Shown here: positions 1 to 8,600 of the stretch, in pieces
Layout of the letters: every line of letters starts with the position of its first letter
Position numbering within the stretch: position 1 is the first letter of the stretch
Position numbers and translations under genes: made by a program
IMG/VR virus record: IMGVR_UViG_3300008108_000072
Location: 1-59,419 of that record
Origin: a virus
Taxonomy: Duplodnaviria > Caudoviricetes
DNA: 59,419 bases
Reading direction: 5' to 3' (one strand)
The notes under the pieces: generated by a model
Seen by the model: only the letters and a program-made list of their open reading frames with translations
Told to the model about the DNA's origin: nothing
Database searches by the model: none

Positions 1-39
1 GTAATCAATTAGTTCCTGTCTTGATGATGGCTTTGCCAT
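1..39 (-). CDS. gp13: Neck protein gp13, N-terminal fragment (runs off the window)
   Basis: ATG at 39 reads MAKPSSRQELIDY, the typical cyanophage gp13 N-terminus; late promoter upstream; expected position after the tail-fibre genes. Confidence 0.75.
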   Translation of the reverse strand, partial: MAKPSSRQELIDY

Positions 40-51
40 TTAATTAGATAC

Positions 52-84
52 AAAAAATCCCTACCTGTATTTAGCAGATAGGGA
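52..84 (-). terminator. Intrinsic terminator-like hairpin with a late promoter core (CTAAATA, 68-74) in its loop
   Basis: Minus strand TCCCTATCTG-CTAAATA-CAGGTAGGGA-TTTTTTG. Confidence 0.55.
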
Positions 85-104
85 GATTGGTTATATTTAT
101 TTAA

Positions 105-290
105 TTATTCTGCCGAAGCTTCCTCCGCTTCTTCCTGGGGTTGTTCTAGAAGAGCAAGAGTTTCAAGACCACCTTGAAGCTTTAGTTTGTACTCTTTAGC
201 TTTTTCAAGACTTGCTTCTAGATCAATAATTTGCTTTTCGGCAGCAGCAAGCTGCTCTTCAAAATTCTTTTTGAGTTGTTCGGTGTCCAT
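105..290 (-). CDS. Small acidic coiled-coil hypothetical protein
   Basis: 61-aa ORF with heptad pattern; ATAAATA late promoter at 321-327. Confidence 0.8.
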   Translation of the reverse strand: MDTEQLKKNFEEQLAAAEKQIIDLEASLEKAKEYKLKLQGGLETLALLEQPQEEAEEASAE

Positions 291-323
291 AATCGTTAAT
301 ATAAAATAATATTACTTTAGTAT

Positions 324-1364
324 TTATTCTTGTAAAGTTATAACTACTCTACCCACGCCATTGTTTGATGAACCAGTATTGGATTGATTGGTTCCGTTGT
401 TAATAGATCCTCCTCCACTACCATTCGGTGTGCTGTAATAATAAATTCCTGTAGCTCCACCAGAATATCCTCCACCGCCAGCTCCACTGTGGTAAGTATC
501 CCCTCCACCACCAAAACCACCTCTACAGTTATAAAGCCCAGAGCCACCTGTAGCTCCGTTTTTAAATCCTAATGGAAAAGTTCCAGCATAACCAGAGCTA
601 TTAAAACTAAAACTGGCTCCAGGTTGGGCATAAGAATTTCCATAATATGTTCCAGGTGTATCGCCATTATTAGTTGTTGGAGCACCATACCCAGGAGAAT
701 ATCCGAAGTAAGTTGTGGTTCCTCCACCTCCTCCACCACCAGCAACAATTAAAGCTGACGAAGTTGACAAACTATCCCCAACAGAAACATATGAAGCTCC
801 TCCTCCACCTCCTGCATTATATTGATTTACCCAAGTTCCTCCAATTTGACCAACACAAATCCAAAGTTTTTGATTTTTTGTTAAAGTAAAGGAACCTGTC
901 ATTACAGCTCCATTACCTCCAATACAACCAGAATAACCTTGACCTCCAACAGCACCATACGCTTGAATTTGATATGTTCCATCCTTAGGAACAGTGAACA
1001 TTTGAATGCCAGTAGATGTTACGTCATAATATTCAGTTTGATTTAACCAAGGATTTGATGAAACATTATAGGAAGATAATAAAGCAGATTTTGTTGGACC
1101 AGAATTTAAGGTTGCTCCCCCATTTGTGAACGTAAAAGAAGTGAAAGCAAATAATCCACCACCAGCATTTGCTCCTCCTCCCCCACCTTCTTCTCCTGCT
1201 ATACTCCAATCTCCTCCATTATAAATCTCGACTTTTGCTGAAGTAGAATTAAAAATAAGCATACCCAATCTAGGAGTAGCCATTGAATCCCTTTGTGCTT
1301 CCGTATAAACTGGGATTTTTATACTACCAGTAACTTTTAAAGATCCAACGTTTAGATGAGACAT
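324..1364 (-). CDS. Glycine-rich domain protein (ALK/LTK GRD-like), putative tail-tip adhesin, paralogue A
   Basis: Motifs GIQxFTVPKDGTYxIxAxGAxGG, GNGAxMxGxFxL, LWICVGQxG, LIVAGGGGG and poly-Gly runs; TATAAATA at 1386-1393. Confidence 0.75.
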   Translation of the reverse strand: MSHLNVGSLKVTGSIKIPVYTEAQRDSMATPRLGMLIFNSTSAKVEIYNGGDWSIAGEEGGGGGANAGGGLFAFTSFTFTNGGATLNSGPTKSALLSSYNVSSNPWLNQTEYYDVTSTGIQMFTVPKDGTYQIQAYGAVGGQGYSGCIGGNGAVMTGSFTLTKNQKLWICVGQIGGTWVNQYNAGGGGGASYVSVGDSLSTSSALIVAGGGGGGGTTTYFGYSPGYGAPTTNNGDTPGTYYGNSYAQPGASFSFNSSGYAGTFPLGFKNGATGGSGLYNCRGGFGGGGDTYHSGAGGGGYSGGATGIYYYSTPNGSGGGSINNGTNQSNTGSSNNGVGRVVITLQE

Positions 1365-1388
1365 TCTATTTTTTTATTTCTACAATAT

Positions 1389-2402
1389 TTATAGGATAGT
1401 AATGGTAACACTGCCCATTCCAGCATTAGCGGAGCCAGTATTGGATTGATTGGTTCCGTTGTTAAATGATCCACCACCAAAACCATTTGGCGCACTATAA
1501 TAATATTGACCAGTATTTCCTCCAGAATACCCTCCTCCACCAGCTCCAGTGTGATAAGTATCTCCACCACCACCAAAACCACCAATACAGTTATAAAGAC
1601 CAGATCCACCCGTAGCTCCATTACGGAATCCTAATGGGTAGGTTCCTCCATAACCAGAGCTATTAAAACTAAAGCTTGCTCCAGGTTGAGCATAAGCTGC
1701 TGGTCCTACAGACCCAGCTGTATCACCATTATTAGTTGTTGGAGCACCATACCCAGGAGAATATCCAAAGTAATATGAAGTTCCTCCACCACCACCTCCT
1801 CCAGCAACAATTAAAGCAGTGGAAGTTCCTAAATTAGAACCTTTTGAAACAAAAGATCCGCCCCCACCAGCTCCAGCATTGTAGGGGTTTACATAATTTC
1901 CTCCAGATTGACCAACACAAATCCAAAGTTTTTCTCCTTGGACTAGAGCAAAATCTCCTCTCATGTTGGCTCCATTTCCTCCAGATTGACCATAAGCTCC
2001 TTGCCCACCAACGGCACCAATAGCTGTAATTCTATATGTCCCATCTTTAGGAACAGTAAATCTTTGAATGCCTGGGGATGGAACATCATAAAATTGACTA
2101 TCATTTAACCAAGGATTGGCTGTCGTATTATAAGTAGATATTAAAGATTGGCGACTAGGACCATTATTTAATGTCGCTCCTCCATTCGTGAAAGTAAAAG
2201 TAGTGAATGGAAACAATGCTCCAAAAGAAAGTTTCCCAGCAGGAATCCACTGAGATCCTGTGTTTACTTGAACTTCTAAATCATCTGTATTATATACTAG
2301 AAGACCAGCCTGATTTCCTAAAGCATTTCTTTGTGCTGTAGTTAATTTAGGAATGTTAATTTTAGATGATACTGATATATTTCCAGCATTAATAGCGGAC
2401 AT
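1389..2402 (-). CDS. Glycine-rich domain protein (ALK/LTK GRD-like), putative tail-tip adhesin, paralogue B
   Basis: Same motifs; highly similar to 324..1364 over the C-terminal ~275 aa. Confidence 0.75.
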   Translation of the reverse strand: MSAINAGNISVSSKINIPKLTTAQRNALGNQAGLLVYNTDDLEVQVNTGSQWIPAGKLSFGALFPFTTFTFTNGGATLNNGPSRQSLISTYNTTANPWLNDSQFYDVPSPGIQRFTVPKDGTYRITAIGAVGGQGAYGQSGGNGANMRGDFALVQGEKLWICVGQSGGNYVNPYNAGAGGGGSFVSKGSNLGTSTALIVAGGGGGGGTSYYFGYSPGYGAPTTNNGDTAGSVGPAAYAQPGASFSFNSSGYGGTYPLGFRNGATGGSGLYNCIGGFGGGGDTYHTGAGGGGYSGGNTGQYYYSAPNGFGGGSFNNGTNQSNTGSANAGMGSVTITIL

Positions 2403-2429
2403 AATTATTTTATCTACCTTGTAATTTAT

Positions 2430-2606
2430 TTATTTCCATTCTTCCACATTATAATATGAAAGTTTGTATGTTCCGTCAGCCTGTAGAGCATAAACTAAAT
2501 CTCCGTCTTCTGGATTTTCTGGATAAGAATCAACAACATCAATAGAAAATGATGTTGTTGATACTACAGTGTTTACTATTAGTTTTGAAGTTACTGATGG
2601 TTGCAT
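2430..2606 (-). CDS. 58-aa hypothetical protein (MQPSVTSKLIVNTVV...YYNVEEWK), not in the ORF track
   Basis: Open frame filling the gap between the fibre gene and the Gly-rich genes; resembles the short N-terminal PxxGxLVY module of its neighbours. Confidence 0.6.
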   Translation of the reverse strand: MQPSVTSKLIVNTVVSTTSFSIDVVDSYPENPEDGDLVYALQADGTYKLSYYNVEEWK

Positions 2607-2633
2607 AGCTGAGATAGAAGATAAAATTTACAA

Positions 2634-5600
2634 TTAAATAATGTTCCAAACGCCACCTTCTTGGATGGTGACTGTGTAACCACTGCCTATTGTTATAGGA
2701 CCAGCACTTACAGCATTATCACTAGCAGAAATGGTAACATTTTCGGTAATAGATTTTCTATTAACTCTAATTACTCCATATGTATCTAGCCATTGTTTAT
2801 CACCATTGGCATACAACACAGAAATATTCTGACCAGATGTGAAATTAGAGCCAGAAATATTTAATCCATTGTTGTTAGCACCTCCAACATGTAAAGTATA
2901 ACTTGGATTGGCTAATCCGATACCAACCTTAGATAATCTATGAATATCTAAGCCATTTGATGATTCGGTCCATCTTGAAGTTACAAATGGTAAGTTATTT
3001 TGATATACTTGACCATTAATGTTAATATTACCTTCAACATTTAATTTGTATGTTACTGTGGATCCAGTTGCTGTACTAGTAAATGTAGTTGTTCCAATAC
3101 CAACTAAACTACTTGTTCCAGAAATAGCAATTGCTGGAGTAGTAGACCATGTAGTTCCTCCATTATCTGTGGATGGAGTAATTTCAAAAATATCATTAGC
3201 ATTTAGTTGATTACCAATTCTGAAGTTTCTGTATCCAGAAGCACCTAAGAATAAAAGTGGAGCGCCATTGTTGCTAGCTGCGTTACCAACTGTTAAACTG
3301 GTAGAAGCACGAACATCACCAGTAACATCTAATTCATAAGAATCATTTGGAGTACCAAAAATACCAACTCTTCCATTTCCAGTAATCACTAAAGCATCTG
3401 ATTTGTTTCCAGTGCTGAATCTAAATGCTGGTGTAGTTGTTAATCCAGTAAATATTTGTTTGAAGTAAACGTCCCCAACATTGTTGTCATAACGTAGTTC
3501 AAAACCTTCGGATGTAAATCCAGAGTTAGCAGCTAATTGAATTACTGGATCATATGTTCCGTCTGTTGCCGTTACACGAAGAATTGTATCTGCTGCAGCA
3601 TCGCCAAAAACTTGTAATTTGACTCCAGAAGCATTTGAAACAGTGCCAATGTTAACACTATTGTTTGTAGCATCAACAAATAATGTATTTGTATCTACCG
3701 TCAAATTAGCAGTTAGTGTGGTATTGCCAGTAACTCCCAAAGTTCCGCCAACTGTTAAGTTGCTTCCTGTGCCAGATAAAGTTAACGAACCAGTCATGGT
3801 ATCGCCAGCTTTTAGAACGTTTAGTGAAGCTGCTCCAGTCAATGAGGCGGTGATTGTGCCAGCGGCAAAGTTGCCAGAAGCGTCACGAATAACAGCAGTG
3901 CTTACAACGTTAGTGCTATTGAAAGTTACGTTACCAGCGTTCCAGATTTTGTTGCCATTAATAGTAACACCATCAGGACCAACAACTTTAATATCGAGAG
4001 ATCCGCTACTGTTAGTAGAATTTCCTCCAGTAGCAACAATAGCAGAGTTGAAAGAAGCTGCTGCTAACTGAGAAGATCTGAAGTAGATTCCAGGAGATGA
4101 TGCTTGACCATCTCTTCTACCTAAACGTAGGTTGGCAGTTCCTCCATCACTTTCCAGTATAGCGGCTTCAAATGTTCCATCTGGTAATCCATTAGCATCA
4201 GAATCTAAATCTGAAATTGTAAAATCTTGGAAAGGAACTCTATTGCTTGCTGTACCAATAGTTTCAGCTCCAATAAAGTTACCTGTATCTAAAATACCAG
4301 TAATAATAGTGTAATTATTATTAGAATCATTGGTATCTTGATTAATAGTGATGTCACTAATTAATATTGTTCCAACACCAATAGCATTAGCATTGTAAAG
4401 GTTTACAGTTAAACCAGCTAAGAAAGGAGAAGCATTTAGTAATCTGTTAGATACGTAAATTTTATATCTTGGTTTTCCAGTGAAAGATAATACTCTAAGT
4501 TTATCTTGATAATTTTTTTCTGATTGGAATGATGGAATTCTATTATCGCTTATAGTACCAGTATTGATATTTAAAGCATTTTGATACCATGTTCCTTGCT
4601 TATTATCAAGTCTATCAGCATCTAATCCTGTATCTGGACCATCATTTAAAGAAGTCCAAACTTTAGCCCAAGAACCAAAAGATTCTACTCCAGTTCCAGA
4701 GCCACGAAGCCACATGTTATCATTATCAGTGAAAGCTAATTGCTTAATACCACCATCAACTGTAAAACCAGAACCTCCTGGTCTTAGAGTTACTACAAGA
4801 TTTTTTGAACCACCATCGTTTAAACCATTTGAAGTGTTATTTCTGGTATCAGCAATAATACCAGTCGAGAAAGCACTTGGTGAAGGATTTGATGTTGGGT
4901 TTGATGTACCAGTAATAAGTCTCAGTGTATTACCAGATTGTCCAGAAATACTGATGTTATATGTACCAGATAGTCTATCTACAGATACAGTACCAGCATT
5001 TAGGTTTGAAGCATTCAGGTAATACGAACCCTGAGCACCATCCAATAGGTCAGCATCTAGACCACTATCGGCACCTGTTTTGAGAACAACAGAACCATTA
5101 CCTGCCTGTCCAATTTGGAATTGGGATTTTTTAAATCTAGCAACACCAATAGTTCCAAATTCATCGGCAGAAATAGTTAGATCAGTTACTCTTTGGACAT
5201 CAACTGAGGTATTGGCGTATTGTCTATTGACAGTACTAATTTTAGCAGCTAAGACTAAACCAGATCCTCCACCAATTTGAGCTGGAGCTGTAGAAACATT
5301 AAAGTCTGATGTATAATTAGCTCCAGAGTTTGTTACAGTTATTTCAACAACGCTGCCACCAGAAACAATCAGGTTTACTTTTAATCCAGTACCACTACCA
5401 CCCGTCAAAGGAACATCAAAATACTGACCATCAGTAAATCCAGTTCCTCCGTTAGCAATAACGACATTATCAACAAAGCTACCTTGAGTGAAAGAAGATT
5501 CAAAAACAAGAGGAGAAGTTCCTCTTCTAAATTCAATAATAGTTCCAGCGGCAAGAGTTGATGTTAATGGATTGTTGATAGAAACTGTAGTTAATCCACC

Positions 5601-8600
5601 TGAAGTTACTACTCCATTTATATTGGTATTTGCTTGAATACCAGTTAAATTATCAACTACTTGGTGTCCAACAAGAGTATTTGAGTTTGTTGTAAAGATT
5701 AATTGGCTAGAACCACTGCTTGCCTGGCTAAACAATTTAGCAAAATATCTAGTCTCAGCTCCTTTAATAGATTGTAGTACAGGAACATAACTTTGATCAC
5801 CTCTTAGGAAAGTGAATGAGTTAGCAGCATCAGAATTATTTGCTAAACGTGAGGTAGAAATAACTCCAGATGTAATATCAGAAGCAGCAATTTGGTTAGT
5901 TGATAGAGATACCCAGTTATTATTATCTGAAGCAGAAGTATTTACAACTCTATTAATATTAATAGTTTCTTGTGGAATATCGCTAGACTGAATAGTATCA
6001 GCCTCACTCATTTTGATGTTGTTAACAATATCGCCATACAATCTGCTTTCAATTAAAGCAACACCAGTTGCTTGTGTGCCAGCTCCAGAAGGAGCAGAGA
6101 AAGTAACAGTTGGAGCAGTAGTATATCCTTTACCTCCAATATAACCATTGAACAGTTCAATTTCTATAGTTACAACTTGACCATTAGCAATGGTACAGGT
6201 TGCTGCTGCTTGTACAGCACCTGCTTGTGGATTTCCTCCAGTGATTGTTATTACAGGAGCAGTTGTATATCCAGAGCCAGCATCAGTAATATTAATTTGA
6301 TATACTACACCTTGACGATATTCTGTAGCTTGAATTTTACTTTCGGAAACACTTCCAGTAAATACATCGCCAATAGTAAATTGTAAAGTTGGATCTACAG
6401 CAAATGATACAAACAAACTATCATTATCATTGTTCAAAATATATGAAGTTGATGTATCCTGTTGAATAGCAATGTCGCCCGCTAGAGCACCTTCAATGTT
6501 TAAACGAGATTGTTGATCTGGTACAGTATAAACACTGAATGGACGTAGTGGAGGAATTTGATCAATTGAAATCTTACCAGAATCAGTTAGTTCAACAAGT
6601 GCTCTAGGAACAGCATTCGTTGAGTATGGTTTGTTGATGAAAGGTCCGAGGTTGTTTGTAATGTAATCTCTAACTGCCTTTTGAGTTGGTAGTTTAGAGT
6701 CGGTTGAGTTAGCACCGCCAAGAGTATTTGAAGCGTCGAAACCAGTAACAACAACATCACCGCCCTTCAACTTAAGGAATTCAACTTCGGAAATTGTAAC
6801 TGTACCAGTGAAGGTAATGTTACCAGTTCTGTTTTCAATTCTAGCAAATGTACCAACCTTAAAGTCACCAAGTTCATCAGTACCAGAAACATATGTTCTG
6901 CCGTAATTTTGAGAAACTTGCTCGTTTGCTTCAATCTTAACGCCGCCGTTTTCTGGCAGAGCGTTGTAGTTTGTGCCAGAGCCAGCAAATTCCCAAGTGT
7001 GGGATGAAGAGTTAACAATAGAAGGTCTATGTAATCTAATAGTTTTGCCAGTTAAAACTGATGTAGATACTGCCTGACCTGTAGCGATTTCTCTAAATTC
7101 GGCACCACCACCTGAGCCAGATTCAATTGTGACCTGAGCTGAGAAAGGAGGACCTACAGTTACTGCACCAACAGTTTCGATGTAGTATTCAATTTCTGTA
7201 TTTACATTTTCGTAGCCGTCAATTTTAACAATGTAGTGCTCAAGTGGTTCTCTGCCCAATCCGTCAATTGTTAGAATTGTTCTTCCTGTTGGCGTAGCAG
7301 AAACATTGGTAATAGTACCAATGTCAAATGAGTAAGCAAAATTATTATAACCAATAGCTCTCAGAGCATAGATACCAAAGTTAGTTGCTGAGTTGGTAAT
7401 CGAAGCATAACCACCAGATTCGGCAAGAACACCATCAGCACAGAAAATTACGAATACAGAAACAAGCTGAACATAACCATCATTAATAATTCTATAACCG
7501 ATACCCCCAAAAGATACAATGGTAAAAGCAGCAGCAACCATTGACTTACCCTGATTAGGATAAGTAGCCGTGCCATTGAGTTCTAGACCTGGGAATGGAC
7601 AGTTTGGTTGCTTAACTTTACTACCATCAATAAGGGCTCCACCACCACCAAGGAATGAAATTACTGAAGCGTTTTGAGTATACGGAGAAGCTTCAATAAT
7701 TGGATAGTCATCATAATCAGATCTAGGGGTAATTATAGTTCCATTAGCATCGTAAATAACACTATCTGGATATGATAAAATACTTGCTGTATCAAATAAA
7801 GTACCATATGTTTTTGTGGTTGCTCCAGGAGCAATAGTGCCATCTAAAATATCTTCAAGTAAAGTAAATGATGTGGTAATGGCAGATTCAATTTGAGCAC
7901 ACCATGGAGTTCCTGCTGTATCAACAAGAATACTTAAGTCTGTGAATAGAGGTATTATAGTGTGGAGAGCGGAATATGTTGATCCAGCACCACCAGCAGT
8001 CTTCCAATTTCTCATGGCAAGGATACAAAGATCTCTTACCTGATTGAAAGCATATATTGTTTCGTCTCTTTGTGCTTCTGGAATGCCAGTGAGTGCTGTG
8101 CCAGTAAAATAAGATTCAGCAGCAGTTACAATACCAGCGTTTCCGCCAAGAATAAGATCTCTTAGTAATCCAGTAATAATAAAATTGATATCTCTACGGC
8201 ACTTTCTTTCATTGATGTTCGAAAGACCTAACGATGGATATAATGCTTTTGTTTTTCCGTATGCTTCGTCAGCAATAAAATCTCTATTTCTGGCAATCAA
8301 GTAAGCAGCATCTAGAGAAGTTCCTGAAGCACTGTTTGACAATACATCAACAAACAAATACGAAAGAGTATTGATAGCAGATGCTACGTTAGCACAAGCA
8401 GGAGAAGATAAATCATCAATTACAGTAGGATCAAAATATCTTTCTATTGATGAATATTGTGGAGTGTATACTGGATCTAAAGGAGTTCCATTGCCAGTTC
8501 TCCACTTTCTCATGGCATAAATTGCTAGCTGTCTGGCATATTCAATAGCACGAATTGTTTGGGTAATTTCGTAATCAACTAAATTAATTTGACCAGCTGA

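Noticed and set aside
324-2402. Diversity-generating retroelement (template/variable repeat) between the Gly-rich paralogues
   Set aside because: Differences are largely synonymous third-position changes of all base types rather than adenine-specific, both copies are full genes, and no reverse transcriptase is present in the window
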